Shown here piece after piece: positions 12,701 to 22,353 of a stretch of 64,000 nucleotides of DNA. Where the stretch lies: contig MEDY01000240.1 of the NCBI GenBank assembly GCA_001724265.1, positions 1 through 64,000 on the forward strand. Reading direction: 5' to 3'. Below the pieces are notes generated by a model. The model did not search any database. It saw only the letters and a program-made list of their open reading frames with translations, and was not told where the DNA came from. A program made the position numbers and the translations under genes. This stretch comes from Rhizaria sp. SCN 62-66. Lineage: Eukaryota. Numbering within the stretch: position 1 is the first letter of the stretch; every line of letters begins with the position of its first letter.

Positions 12701-14907
12701 TCAGTACTGTCCTGGTTCATTCTTGTGTTCTCAGTAGTAGTGTCGGCGATGGCGCCGCCCGCGTTGTGGTCACTCGCGACGTGCAGTAGCGCAGCGAGCG
12801 CAACTGCGGTGTCCTGGGCAATGTTGCGCAGCGCCGCGAGCAGCACGGGCGCGCGCGCGGGGGCCAGCGCCGGGGGGATGAAAACGAGCTCGACGCCGGC
12901 GGGGGTGACTGTGGGCACGCTGGCGAGCGCTGCAGACTCGGACGGCGCTTGCTCAGAGACGTTAGTTGCGGCGTCGGTGCCATGAGTTAAGGTGTTGTTC
13001 TTCGCAGTATCACTGGCATCAGAATTATGTGCGCTCACCTCGGTTTGACTGGCATTGGCGCTCTCTGCGTGAACGTCACCCCCGCAGTTCCACCGGCTGT
13101 CCCAGCGGCCGTCCGCGGACAGCTCCGAGTGCTCGAGCCGCGCGCCGAGGCTGCGCACGGCGTGCCAGTCGACGGCCGCGCAGGGCTCGGCATCGCGGGC
13201 CAGGCAGTGCGCGAGGTGTCGGCTCACGGCCGCCGTCAGCGCGAGCAGCGGCACCAGCACGGCCGGCGGCGGCGGCGGCGCGGCGGGGACTGTGACGGGG
13301 CTCCATGTGACCGTGACCGTGAGCGCAGAGGCAGAGGCAGCGGCGGAGGCAGGCGACGGATCTTCAGGGGTGACCGCCGGCTCAATAGCAGGGGCAGAAG
13401 CAGATGCAGGAGCAGCGGAGGACGAGCTCGGTCCAGGCTCCTGTGCTTGCGGCTGCTCTTGGGCTTGCGTCTGAGCTTGACTTGGAACTGATGGCTGCAA
13501 CTGCTGCTGTTGCTGTTGCTTCAACTGTTGCTGCTGTTGCTGGGCAACCTGAGCGCGTGACGCCAGTCTGCCCTGGCCAGCCGACCCATAGCCAGCGCCG
13601 GGCAGTAACGGTGCGCCGTACGGCCCCACACCCGAGCCCACAAGGCCGCCGTACGCAGCAGCAGGGCCGTAGACGGAGGGAGCCGCAGGGCCGCCGAAGA
13701 CAACCCCGCCATACGGCGGGAGGCCCGGGCCGCTGAGCCCGTACCCGGCCCCGTACGCAGCGCCGGCGCCGCCGAGCCCAACGCCGCCTACGAAAGCGGG
13801 GCCGTACGGAGGATTCAGACCCTGCCCGCCGGCATACAGGCCTGCGCCGTACGCAGCGGAGCCGTAGAGGCCACCAGGGCTGTGCATAGCGCCCGGGAAT
13901 GGGCCCAGGCCGCCATACGGCAGCGCGGCGGCGCCGTAGCCAAGGCCGAGACCGGCGGGGTTGGCGGGGCCAAACGCCGCGCCCGCGGCGGCGCCGTAGC
14001 CGAGACTGGGGGACAGGCCGAGCGTCGGGCTAGGGAAGTAGCCACTCGTGGCAACGGGCCGCAGCGCATACTGCGACGGCGCCACAGGCCGCGGCAAAGC
14101 CAGCCCCGCAACGGGGCGCATAAGGCCAGGCAAGGCTGCACTAGCGGCGTTCGAGCTAGAGCCAGAGGCGGAGTCATTGACAGTTGAGCTGGGGCTAGCA
14201 GGCACAGCCTCGTTCTCGTTCGCAGCGGCAGTCCGCGGCTGCTGGCCCTGCTCCTGCTGGGCAAGTAGAATGCGGCTGCTGGCATCGACCGCTTCGACGG
14301 CCGCGGCGGCCGCCTGCGCCGCGGCGACGGCCGCCGCCTTGGCCGCGCGGGCTGCCGCCTCCGCCGCGCTAACCGCCGCCGCGCCGTCCAGCTGCAGCGG
14401 GCGGGCCCGGCCGCCCGCATCCAACTCGGGTGCGGTGGCGAGCGCGGGGCGGAGCACGGCAACCGCGGTGCGGCCGTGAGCGGCGAGCAGCAGCGGCGCG
14501 GCGGCGGCGCGCAACAGCGGCGCGAGCACGGCGAGGTAGCTCTCGGTCGCCGCGCCCGCGTGCAGCGACGCGAAGTCAGTCGCAGCAAGGTGCAGGCGGG
14601 GCGCAAGGGCGGCGTACAGCGCGGTGAAAGAGGACTGCGATTGCAAATGAAAGTCCGGGGCAGGCAGAGCCGCGACAGATCCGGTACTCGAAGTGCTCGT
14701 GGGAGTGGGGAAGGTCGTCGACGCGAGCAAACGGAGAAAGCTCGACGAAAGCGCAACAGCTTCAAAAAATGCGCGGCGTGTAAGAGCCACAGAAGACGCG
14801 GGGAGAGCGAGTGGGGCGAGGGGCCGCGGCAGGACAGGCGCGGGTCGTTCCGACACCGGAGGAGAACTGTCTTCCTGGACCTTGGGGAGGTCTCGAGATG
14901 AGTCCAT
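3763..14907 (-). CDS. giant Ala/Ser-rich hypothetical protein (~3714 aa, no intron needed)
   Basis: 11.1-kb uninterrupted ORF with the same codon style as its neighbours, a Gly/Tyr/Pro-rich segment, polyQ and a helical C-terminus. Ends TGA (3763-3765). N-terminus uncertain: TACTAAT and a TAG acceptor lie just upstream (14917-14950), so an upstream exon is possible. Confidence 0.8.
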   Translation of the reverse strand: MDSSRDLPKVQEDSSPPVSERPAPVLPRPLAPLALPASSVALTRRAFFEAVALSSSFLRLLASTTFPTPTSTSSTGSVAALPAPDFHLQSQSSFTALYAALAPRLHLAATDFASLHAGAATESYLAVLAPLLRAAAAPLLLAAHGRTAVAVLRPALATAPELDAGGRARPLQLDGAAAVSAAEAAARAAKAAAVAAAQAAAAAVEAVDASSRILLAQQEQGQQPRTAAANENEAVPASPSSTVNDSASGSSSNAASAALPGLMRPVAGLALPRPVAPSQYALRPVATSGYFPSPTLGLSPSLGYGAAAGAAFGPANPAGLGLGYGAAALPYGGLGPFPGAMHSPGGLYGSAAYGAGLYAGGQGLNPPYGPAFVGGVGLGGAGAAYGAGYGLSGPGLPPYGGVVFGGPAAPSVYGPAAAYGGLVGSGVGPYGAPLLPGAGYGSAGQGRLASRAQVAQQQQQQLKQQQQQQLQPSVPSQAQTQAQEQPQAQEPGPSSSSAAPASASAPAIEPAVTPEDPSPASAAASASALTVTVTWSPVTVPAAPPPPPAVLVPLLALTAAVSRHLAHCLARDAEPCAAVDWHAVRSLGARLEHSELSADGRWDSRWNCGGDVHAESANASQTEVSAHNSDASDTAKNNTLTHGTDAATNVSEQAPSESAALASVPTVTPAGVELVFIPPALAPARAPVLLAALRNIAQDTAVALAALLHVASDHNAGGAIADTTTENTRMNQDSTDAAVSCDGGAATVRRDLALLYSAPPSQPLWSLIHHAPGCGAVPAKAAALHRAAAATAAAAAALGGGSGVKVSVGTSASANAQSAGVVGNARALAQYVADSTKASAATLAATSDVVGGSGAVAVAAGALLATLGTGQPGDGSALAASVAARGGRGGGAGGETRHLLGSAAEALPFDAAHFSTSLSPVDLSAPAAAGPYTAVLTDGAGSQSPAEAVVSTVAVSEQSQLLRQSTTVAQAAAAVAALVLLTVAPTLPPAHIKSGSSSGEGLASVVDALLGELPKSVALPTASPALALSAATADNKSSSQTATAVAPALAVNAFSAWDETVPIVALIGVDQHDASQDDRNAVVRVSSSPSSLALSTLLSLSKTARTTKDMTVITSCCQDFVSLTLSLWFSQPQLQPQSQSVNMAPWHWLRLGPLAPPLTSALSAAVVDWPLHSFNSSSTTATTGNVNSNCSSIGRSSKKVTVTTIHEALAISDSGLSLPDNSVAGANNINRVLLSFATSSSNSQSPPSSAQPPAGPRPPALSPSPPSLHALWSCGLTLAASLQSAAASTATAAAASGLLRALLPLPAEVADAWGDESAGALIALPAAAAVSPQLAGAAAAATIRGLARDLLRAARATPLAAIASVTKRLASAACDLKAMASSARRHAQQLQTGAINAGNDTAMLDAAVSAAVALTHAAAAATALVALGGGCAAGLLAASDGDLFTVTTARGAQVGNTVGVRVGGGAALWRLQSALEHAGAFLARHSDQAGATSSDRVLAQELLQAAADIETTLTCSYAATSTDFKSRTLDVSQSAQMGVAVAVSQVVANLAAATHSVSSLWLGLAEHHKEAGANSSDWDLALAATPLLPIPPHVLLTVTSGDNSGRSGSKLGRERASLLLHASYSAGAALAAVTSASVSVLKTADSAAALLDTLTRAQGTDAGVHDVDCFKWPLLPLVPSHITKSLLSPHSANASGSLAVPAPLAVLLRWAAGCALPAAAGLSAALGGGLALAQRQAVSLAADNANNAASGDHGESCSVTLADADAAVRMLPAVTTHSLSSFGDEMTVKMLPISKTTASSKRHSSAAAPYAVSSAITANSRVSLAPLLLSAAHSHAQLAAQHAAANAAAAAATQTHAQLQAQAQAQAQASGQSVTVPPLSLPLPLPPLPTLLAPAVAALPGLVSHLSHDISSAIPNTLSHESVQASATGAVDGPLTSALLRLTVPTHALPRLLPLTALSVWAGHPPAVTAASLVPALALSTVAAAAAELVLASRVHLRDHELRGHSSAATVSATALAATTTGLALSAPQRCGVFALLHALARGAEAAWRVHNYAGAATAGRYRALQQWRALRLQRAQLLQAPQGASAAAGVAGEGLGLWPQYLQRLLPPLLQPPSHCRTVLSLSNNNRAKTPSNDAEPESSSAARIVASGGDDRCHHDVSPIALPLGPARSAAVSARWSQLVHSLLALLSANLTDDGGDGRLPPAAAAGALAFAAAAVGPLSAPRTGSASGSARLLLRVRGRERAGAAAAEAAAATWHAPASASAADMPSSSPQLQTQSKPLLGVAAAIAAVTAKRTPLLELEESKWFDLASPHASLSAPLVISSASGPVLEHVTVGGRGWATCMAALTVATLGFVRHSPPAARTSAKASSNAGKGKMAAGNAAAAGGAAVLAAALKGGEDNDLSVTASEGGNRETMTPAADASSASARENASAGTDPATAAAVAAAVAAAAAAAASANSAAPTAASVIGAGLTGAASGPGTGSALANPTAATSVASAAAGAATAAALAALAASGLSNGSGADVGARSANANGDIATLDAKTQRLPYLAQRSPAGSLSASGVNVSALLNSVEAALKLRCGSWDVGLTRHWLAQSQNTYLQSSNALAIAQAPQSMLCAQSLPLPYSPLGCALLSLFAADAHDLPCMHKLSDYVRSNSYSNAHAATSPSPLQSVPLASSGLLPLLLHAASRDPLPALPLPCLAPAPAAVLAAVHADFAATKSTDTRAGGSCANSSGGHDSVSLLVLAGESPVAALNSVLANGGDHSFDFAKTTAHKAGSNVALARVLLCSGYGMGRGLTCLPANGAVTSSAAFVLPSLVIGSCASQSGSNSRVSVSQSLFTARSVSVAASEAISAISTALRLAPDANISGVASSNAYDAVSSVLPWPVPVCPLPYAAAASSLKPLFLASGSASASGNSTALTHTNMPKNTARFSTAAAASVAETVTPLPLLLPDTVALARHLYGLRVLLLCSQSLLPARPHPTVPAAAGAPAVAPPPAPARLLAAATLPWALRLSVTGVTPAAAATMAAGAAAAAATAVNAATVVIAKDEQSNRISFYSVIDRALIPLNNPLYNEAKAAASAVDAATGADSAHTASPGSGTAAVPVLAYVSTVVDGTTTASSTARSSSSPMTMTKTSKASSAGRVAGTGLLPWAGFAALSAAALNLWGEATAGLWDSVAASIAPEQQQQQQRQLSNGGSDDDVAVGRVASVIPALALTSAAAYLPHTLASFPHGVSSLKGIVRLLSLLTAALPTPPQTLTQPSTAAAAAALARSRALLRSPHGDREQSVDGDDDGDSDDDCGQDWDGGALVATLQAYAIARPLSLLAAASPSADSTSTPAAAAAASIVPAATTQLLYYHAAALAALCAQQTALLLRPAAPAALLQTATAIAAAKRSRQQRQRGGGDASLLPQLLRSPSSSRSRTPSPSPDNNNSSSSATAAARSGPRSRPRTAAVSPAAAAVPGLAAAALRDAAGLLTVTMALLPLVPADAVADVVSIVEAVVAAAPGAVVVLADRAADRVDDGMAYNAARVSQLAVSESDLSDSSDRIGRSDRSSGNSSSDVTDGNDSDSDRVARSAAAVAPSYSPNSQHQASSDGVIALHSIVSTAARASRRRHSSNGASSSVHAGTGKGSNRGRSGDRSGGDGGFVPPQLTITVINPREGLLAVVVKGAAEAGGWKKTALTRWAVALAARYAVPVQGMSMDELIRKESQQMKQ

Positions 14908-15449
14908 CACCAAGCTCTATATCTCAGTACATAAGACAATTCCATTAGTATAATAAGATGAGCAAATTCACAATGCAACGTTCAACCTATGACCCACCAC
15001 AAAACCACTATATCACGGATCTGCATGAAGGTATTATGATGCGATTTTTCTAAACTTGTTGATCCGCAGCACCGACGTCCCGCCCATGGTGCGATGAGCC
15101 ACCATGGTTAAGACTGTGAATTATATCTCTATTCTGAGTGTTGATTGTTGATAACATCGAAGTCAACATGATCGAGGGTGGAAGAACGCTCTGAACAAGA
15201 ATACTGTATTCGTCAACATGAAAAGGCAATGTAGCGAGAGCTGGAAAAAGAAAATAGACAAGACGTAACATACGTCCACGCATGAGCGCAAGTCCGCAAT
15301 GTACTGTCAGACTGGAAGACTCGTATGTCGTGTGCACAAAAAGAGGCGTTGGAAACGTGAGAACAACCAACAAAAAATAATACACAACAAATCACAATCT
15401 AGCCAGTCACTCACGCGCATGATGGGTGTCCGTGTTTTAGTAACCGCGC

Positions 15450-16619
15450 TTAATGCGCGGCGGACTTATCCTTCCCGCGGCCCTCGAGCTTGGTGAACAG
15501 CTTCAGGCACTCCTCGTAAACCCAGAACGTGACCGCGTTGACGGGCACGGCGCGCACGAGCGTGGTGCCAAGCCCGCGGAAGAAGAAGGCCGAGCCAAAC
15601 TTACGGTAGCACTCGCGGCTGACGTGCCGCACCGTGGCCTCGTGCTTTGGCGTCGAGTCCGGCAGCGTCTGGATCACGGACTTGATCACATCGGCGGGGT
15701 ACGTGGCCACCCACGTCGCGATGCCCGCCACGCCGCCCGCGGCAAGCAGGCCCAGCGTGGAGTAGCCCACCTCGCGCTTCCACTCGACCTGGAACGGCAC
15801 CTCGAACCGGCTCGACGTCGTCGGCGTCGTCGCCGTGACCGTGGGCACCCAGCTCTCGGTGCGGAAGGCCCACTTGGCCATCTCGTACGCGACGAAGTAG
15901 GCGCCCATGCCGGGCGTGTCGCGCAGGATCGTGGCCCACCAGCCGGAGAAGAGCCCGTAGCGCCAGCCCTTGAGCTTCGTCATCTTGACCGCGCAGTCCC
16001 ACATGCCGTTGTACACGCGCGCGCCCTCGTGCTGCGCCTGCAGCTTGCACTTGATCAGCTCCGCGGGCGTCGTAGCGAGCGACTGCAGCGTGCCAGACCA
16101 GCAGCCGGCGAGGAACAGCTTCCAGAAGTTGGGGTTCGTAATGTCGTTGCGGTACTTGCTGCTACGCTCCAGCTGCTCCGCCGTGAGCGACGGCGCAGTC
16201 TTCAGCAGGTCAGCGTGCAGCGCCGAAACGGCCGCGGGCGCCGGGCGCAGCGTGCGGTCCGCGGGCGCGTTGGGGAAGAAGGGCTCGAGCACGCGCGAGG
16301 CGTTGCCGTAGGCGCCGAAGGCGATGGCGTTCATCGGTGCGTTGCCGATCACGGGCGGCAGCGTGCCCTTGAACAGCGAGCGCGGGCCTTCGTCGCGGAC
16401 CATCTTGATGAAGGCGTCAACGGGGCCCTTGTACATCATGCTGGGTGCCGCGGAGCCCGCAGCACCGGCAGCAGCGCCAGTCGGAACATTTGTGTTGGAG
16501 ATGCCCTGGGCTTGGAGGCGAACCTTGATGGTGTCCAGGGGCTGGCCGACAACGATACCGGCGCAGCCACCAATGGTGCCCGCTGTAAGGTCCTTAAATG
16601 TGTCGTACCACTCACTCAT
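15450..16619 (-). CDS. mitochondrial carrier (SLC25 family; carnitine/basic amino-acid carrier-like), 389 aa
   Basis: Three Px[DE]xxK signatures (PLDTIKVRLQ, PAELIKCKLQ, PADVIKSVIQ), plus RDTPG and RAVPVNA motifs. Ends TAA. Confidence 0.92.
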   Translation of the reverse strand: MSEWYDTFKDLTAGTIGGCAGIVVGQPLDTIKVRLQAQGISNTNVPTGAAAGAAGSAAPSMMYKGPVDAFIKMVRDEGPRSLFKGTLPPVIGNAPMNAIAFGAYGNASRVLEPFFPNAPADRTLRPAPAAVSALHADLLKTAPSLTAEQLERSSKYRNDITNPNFWKLFLAGCWSGTLQSLATTPAELIKCKLQAQHEGARVYNGMWDCAVKMTKLKGWRYGLFSGWWATILRDTPGMGAYFVAYEMAKWAFRTESWVPTVTATTPTTSSRFEVPFQVEWKREVGYSTLGLLAAGGVAGIATWVATYPADVIKSVIQTLPDSTPKHEATVRHVSRECYRKFGSAFFFRGLGTTLVRAVPVNAVTFWVYEECLKLFTKLEGRGKDKSAAH

Positions 16620-17146
16620 TAATCGCGAAGCAGGCTTGGTGTGTGTGTGAAAGAGACGCGGATGCCGGGGGAGAAAGTCTGTAGCTTCGTGCGTGCAAGC
16701 CCGATTCGCAAAAGAGGTTTACTGGGAAAAAAGAAAAACATAGAAGTGATTGAAAAATGAGCCCAGTTCCTTCATGTGACATTGCACTAGAAGTCGTCGC
16801 TTGCACCCAATTACGGCGGATGTGTAATGTGAGAATATCCTGCCGAAGTAAGCCGCAAACTAATCGGCAAACGGACGAGAGACGTCGGTACTACCACAAT
16901 CGTATTCGAAAACCACGTTTAGGCAAAAATACTCGCTTTGGCCGTTGCAAAGCCTCACAATTATAGTATAGAAGCGCATGACTATTGATGATGTCTTTTT
17001 TAATCCTGATGAAAGAACTATGTATACCTGTCTTTTGACTCTGAAGCAACAAAATATGTGACTTTGGCCTAGTTGGCACTGATGCTGACTGACCTTACCT
17101 TGTGTGGTGGCTAGGATCCGGATAGCAATAAGCGTTAATAGAGCAC

Positions 17147-19521
17147 TCAGTCTTCAGTGAAGAAAAGCCGGTACTCCTCGGCTTCCTCGTCCCGGGTGAC
17201 CTTGGTCTCCTGCTTCTTCTTCCGCGCCACGGGCGCAGAGCGGAACATGACCTGCTTGCCCACACGCTGTGCCGTCGAAAAGCAAACCGGAAAACACACA
17301 TAGATGATAAAAAAATAAGACTAGGCGTGAGTAATTAATTATAAACCACAAAGGTTCATATAACAACATAACGTCAAGCAATAGCACAAACAGGAACACA
17401 TTCAAGAGCACATTATTAAGAAATCTTCAAGTCGCGTTCGCGTATGTAGCAACTGAATCGCTGTTAGACGTACCTTGACGACCTCGGCCTTGGCGCGGGC
17501 CATGGCGATGGCGAGGCGCTCCTTAGTCTGTCGGTCGACCTCCCTGCGGCGCGCCTCGCGCACGCGGGCCCTACGCGCGCCCTCGCGCTGGCGCTCCAGC
17601 TCCAGCACGCGGTCGCGGTTCGTCACGGCCAGCGTCGCGATCGCGCCCAGCAGCCGCTCCAGGTGCCGCTCGATCTCGCGGAGCATCTCGATCGGGTCAG
17701 AGTGTGTGTCGCTCAGGCGCAGACGCGTGTAGACTTCGCGCACCTTCGCCGTGAGCGACTCGAGCAGGCGCTCGCGGCCGCCGGCGACCGAGGACACGTT
17801 GACGCGGGACCACAGAGCGTTGGCCTGCAGAGAGAAGAAACAAAACATCGAAATACAACCAAAGTACGGGGCAAGTAAGAGATAAGCAACTTAAAAAATC
17901 TCATAGAATCGTAAAGCTTACATTGACATATAAAAAAGATGACTCTGAAGGAACTTTAGGAACATCATCCACAATGAGTGAAAATAAATAGCATTCGTAT
18001 AAATAGCACTCGTACCTGCGCCTGCTCGTGTGCGATCTTGGCCTTGAGGTCAGCGATGTTCTTCTCCAGCAGCTCCGTCTTGGCCTGCATCTGCTCCTGC
18101 GTAGCCTTGTTGCGGCGGCGCACGTCCTCGGCCGCCTCCTCGGTCTCCTGCACCGACTGGATGAGGAACAGGTTACGCTCCTCGAGCTTGCTGAAGACTT
18201 CGAGCAGCTGCTCGGGCTTGGTGAAGTACATCGGGTCCACCTCGTCCTCGTCGTCATCGTCCTCCTCCTCGTCCGCGCCCTCGCCGTCGCCCTTGGCCTT
18301 CTTCTTGCCGCCGCTGCCGTCGTCGTCGTCGCCGCTGGCGTCGGCGTCCGAGTCCGTGTCCTCGCCATCGAGCGCCCCGTCGCTGTCGCTACTGCTCTCG
18401 GGCCGCGCCGCGTCCTCCTCTTCATCGATGCCGTAGTAGCTGTTCTTCACGCGCGCGCGCGCCTGCGCCTCGCGCGCCCTGCGCCGCGCCTCCTTCTCGG
18501 CCGCGCGCGCCGCCCGGGCCTCGGCGCGCGCGATCCGGCGCACGCGACGGGCCTCCTTCTCGCGCACGCGCTGGGCCTTGACCTCGGCCTTGAGCGCCGC
18601 TGCCGCCGCGCGCATTGCCGCGACCTGCTGGAAGTGCTCGGGCGGCGTCCGCGAGTCGAGGAAGTGCTTGTACTTAAGGCACGACTTGAGCTGCTCATCG
18701 GCCTTCAGGATGTCGCTCTCGACCTTGGTGATGGCCTGCACGAGCTTGCGCACCTGCAGCGCCTTGTCTTGCTTGCCCTTGGTCTCCTGCTCTGCGCGCT
18801 GCAGCGCCTGGTGCGCCTTGCGGTCGTTGTCCTTGAGGAACGCATCGAAACGCATCGCATCGTCTTCAAGCATGATTTCGGCGCGGCGTAGCGTCTCCTC
18901 GCGCGCGCGCGCCTTGTCTTCGAGCTTCTGCACCTCGGCCTTCTTGCAGTCCAGCGCCATCTGAATCAGAAACGTCTCGCGCTTCTTCGCGATGAACTCG
19001 GCCATGTTTTCCTTCTCGCGGCGGCGGCCCTGGAAGACGCAGTCGGCAGCCTTCTTGCCGCCGCCCGCCGCGCCCGCGCCGCCCGCGCCAGAGACGCCGC
19101 CGGAAGCGTTCGAGGGGCGCGCGCGCGCGACGCGGATCTGAGAAATGGCCACAGTGTCATTCTCGGCCGAGTGCTTGTCCCAGATCTTGGTGTTGAGGTT
19201 GCGCGCGCGCTCGGCGGCCTTCTCCTCGCGCTCCTTCTCGCGCAGCAGGAACACGTCCTCGTTGGGGAGCACGAACGGGTTCGGCTCGCTCTCGCGCTTC
19301 TCGAAGAACTGCTGGATCGGGTCCTTGGGCACGATGAGCTGGCGCTGCTCGATCGGGGGCAGCACGGCCGACGACGAAGACTTCTGCGAGTTACTGGCGT
19401 CGCCACTACCGCTTGAGCTCGAGCTGCTTGAGGTGGTGGAGCTGGACGCGCCGGGTTTGCCTGCAGAGCCAGGCGGGTTGCCTGGGCCGTGCGCCAAACG
19501 CGGGAGCGTCACGTCGGACAT
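17147..19521 (-). CDS. CFAP100: cilia/flagella-associated protein 100 (CCDC37/FAP100), 3 exons, ~658 aa
   Basis: Motifs EKENMAEFIAKKRETFLIQM, LEDDAMRFDAFLKDND, MYFTKPEQLLEVFSKLEERNLFLIQ and C-terminal GKQVMFRS...YRLFF. Exons 19521-18016, 17824-17474 and 17266-17147 join in phase 0 via GTACGA..CAG and GTACGT..CAG introns. Ends TGA. Confidence 0.9.
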
Positions 19522-20947
19522 CTATGCAATGTCGGAGTAGCCGTACGAAGCAAAGGCGGGTGAGCACGACGAGTCAATAAGAAGATGTAGAGGAAGGTTT
19601 CTAGGGTGAGCGAGGGCGATAAAAAATTTGGCTCTGAATGTGCAAGATTCCGTCTAACAGAATTGCCAAATTCATAACTGATATTAACAAAGAAATAAGA
19701 TAAGGAGAATTAAATAAGAGTCGCGTTCTGTCGTGTCTGAGGCTCGCCGTTGATGGTTTCTTTCGGCTGCCGTTACCCAGTCTCACGAGCCCAGTCGGTC
19801 CTCGGACAGCGACAGTGTCACAAGACCGTTACTATTTCAGTAAAACAAGTACAAGTCGGTAAAATAAAGGATACAGGTATTACGATTTAGCTATGTGAAT
19901 TAAACATGCTATTTGACTACAAAATTAAAACATCATTGCATTTTGAGACTGTTATCATTGTTTAATCCTGCTTGGTCAATGATGCGTCACGCTTGTCGTG
20001 GAGGCTGTCATCGTACAGATCATGCAGTATCATATCCAGTCAGGGGGGTTTAGCGTCGATACCTCGTTGTGTTGTTTAGTTGAGCAGATGGATTAGCATA
20101 CTGATAGCTTGCTGTGACCCTGTGTGCTCTGTGCTCCCAGACACTCTTGTTTGCCTCAGTGTATGCTCTAACGGTCATACGGATGTCTTCGCATAACACT
20201 GTGAGTTACAGTATCTGAACAGATGTGAATTGATAAGGCACCCAACTCCAGTATAATACATGTATATTGGTATAATGTGCGTTAGGTGTACTGTTGTATT
20301 ATTTATCGATTAGACTCACCATGTCCTTTCAAAGGCAAGATGTTGGGCAGGCTGCCACGAGTACTGTGACATATCCAATGCGCTTAGTTGGTGCAATCAT
20401 AGCGCATAGAGATGCGTCTCAAGGAAATCATGTGGATTGCTATCATGTGCGTTAGATGTGCCTTTGTAGGTGCACACAATTCACTTTGATCGTGCTGAGT
20501 CTATAAATCAACGTGTTGACAATCTCTATCACACATCGTTCAAGAGGGTTTATCTTGTTTGAACTTGCGTCAGCATAAAATAAAAGTAATACACACTAGG
20601 AAAGTTAACCAGTCGTAGTGTATCGTGGTTTTACAAGCTGATAGCATAGTTAACATGTAAATAATGATCAAATGCCATCTCACCACACGTTGTTGTTGCC
20701 TCGTGGCTGACCGACGCTCCAGATGATAGGGCCAGATCAGGAACCAAAACAAGGTGAATTACAGTTCTTTGACCGTCAAATCAATCATTTCTAAGCTGAA
20801 CGTGCACGAATACTATCTAACAGTACAAGAACGAAATATCCTTTCTGAATTTCCAGCCTTCGCCTTGCACAACCTCCTTTCCGTCCACCCTGCCACCCAC
20901 CCCGAACCCCGTGCCTCCCTCCCGCCCCCCGGCCCCCTGCTTCCCCT

Positions 20948-22009
20948 ATGCCGTCCCCTCCCCTGCCGCTCTCGACGCCCGCGGACATTGACGCGGCGTA
21001 CCTCTCTCTCTTCTCGGGTCTGTCCGAGTACCGCGCGGCGATGCTGTCGCTGGACGCCTCGCTGGGCGACGGCTGGCTGTCGCTAGTCGAAGCCGAGCGC
21101 GAAGGCCGCACCAACGCCACGCTCAACGCCACGGCCTACCAGCACAGGGACGTTATTGCCGCGCGCCTCCGCGTCGCCGCACCTGCCAGCAGCAGCGCGG
21201 ACGGCGGCGCAGACGAGCAGGACGAGGCCGTGATGGTCGATTTGTCCAAGGTCGAGCCCGGCTCCGACATCTGGCAGGCCGCCAACGCCCTCGCGCTCGC
21301 ATCTGCCTCTGGCTCCGCCGCTGGCAAGCCCGCCAACGCCGGCGCGGACGGCGAGAACTCCGGCGGCGACGACAGCGACGAGTACGACTTCGCGGATGAC
21401 CCCGAACTGCGCTCGCTCGTCTCGGCCGCCGGCGGAAGCAGCCCTGCCGCTGCCGCCGCTCTGCGCAACCGCAAGTCGACCACGAGCAAGAAGACTGCGG
21501 TGAGCTCTCGCGCCGCTGCGGGTGCCGAAGACACCGAGGCCGGCGGCAGCGAGCCCGTTGCGCCGGTGTACGTCTCCGCCGAGGCCACGCAGCGCTGGTT
21601 CGCGCCGCTGCCCTTGCCAGCGCTGCTGGAGGCGCAGACGCTCTTCTCCAGCGCGACCGCGGCGGCCGTCGAGCTGGCCGGTAGGCGCGCCCGGCTTATT
21701 CAGCTGTTGAGCTCGCTTGAGCGGCTTAACTTGAAGACGTTCAGCATTGAGGACGGCGACAGCAACACGACCCCGGCCGCGGCCCCGGTCCCCGCCTCGG
21801 CCGCGACCAACGCCAAGGAGAGCTCTTGTAGTGGTAAGAGTCCCTCGAAGACGAGTGCGAGTGGGAAGAGTGCTGCTGCGAGCCCCGCAAAGGGCAAGTC
21901 TGTCATTGCTGCGCCTGAGCAGGACGCCGAGGACGACGGCGACGGCTGCGTCGTGGTTGGCCTTGCGGCGGCCGCGGCGACTGCGACCGATGATCACTGC
22001 GATGATTGA
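20948..22009 (+). CDS. CCDC115: V-ATPase assembly factor CCDC115/Vma22-like, 353 aa
   Basis: LSEYRAAMLSLDASLGDGWLSLVEA and QRWFAPLPLPALLEAQTLFSSA match the two conserved blocks of the family as I recall them. Ends TGA. Confidence 0.75.
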   Translation: MPSPPLPLSTPADIDAAYLSLFSGLSEYRAAMLSLDASLGDGWLSLVEAEREGRTNATLNATAYQHRDVIAARLRVAAPASSSADGGADEQDEAVMVDLSKVEPGSDIWQAANALALASASGSAAGKPANAGADGENSGGDDSDEYDFADDPELRSLVSAAGGSSPAAAAALRNRKSTTSKKTAVSSRAAAGAEDTEAGGSEPVAPVYVSAEATQRWFAPLPLPALLEAQTLFSSATAAAVELAGRRARLIQLLSSLERLNLKTFSIEDGDSNTTPAAAPVPASAATNAKESSCSGKSPSKTSASGKSAAASPAKGKSVIAAPEQDAEDDGDGCVVVGLAAAAATATDDHCDD

Positions 22010-22353
22010 GCGAGCTACAAGTTAAGTTGATTCACAGATCCGCTCGTTCATCCGTTGTCTATGGAGTAGATGTCACATTGCATTTCAATTCACCACACAA
22101 TTCTATTTTAATCATATTCGTTAACACAATTAGAATCACACGTGTTCAGCTATCGCGCAAAGTAATGAAGTAGAAGTAGCCCCTTCCTTCAAACCAACTC
22201 TGGCCACAATACAAAAAGAGAACCGATTCCCTCCCGAGTTGCTTTATATTACATTTGCGTTGCTTTATTTCATGATTGATGGTTACATTGTCTGAAACAA
22301 CACATTCAAACACTAAATACGAAAACTTTCACCGATGATCACTCTCGCAGCCC

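Noticed and set aside
15453-16622. Full-length 389-aa antisense ORF mirroring the mitochondrial carrier
   Set aside because: Expected shadow ORF from strong GC3 bias, which makes TTA/CTA/TCA codons rare. It has no real ATG start and no motifs.
3375-19524. TAGs immediately upstream of ATG (3375, 14917, 19522) as further sense TAGs giving N-terminal extensions
   Set aside because: The upstream frames hit TGA with no in-frame ATG and are AT-richer, so these fit splice acceptors better.
19620-20900. 1.3-kb AT-richer spacer as a hidden gene or mobile element
   Set aside because: No convincing ORF in the frames I checked even allowing TAG readthrough, and no terminal repeats seen.
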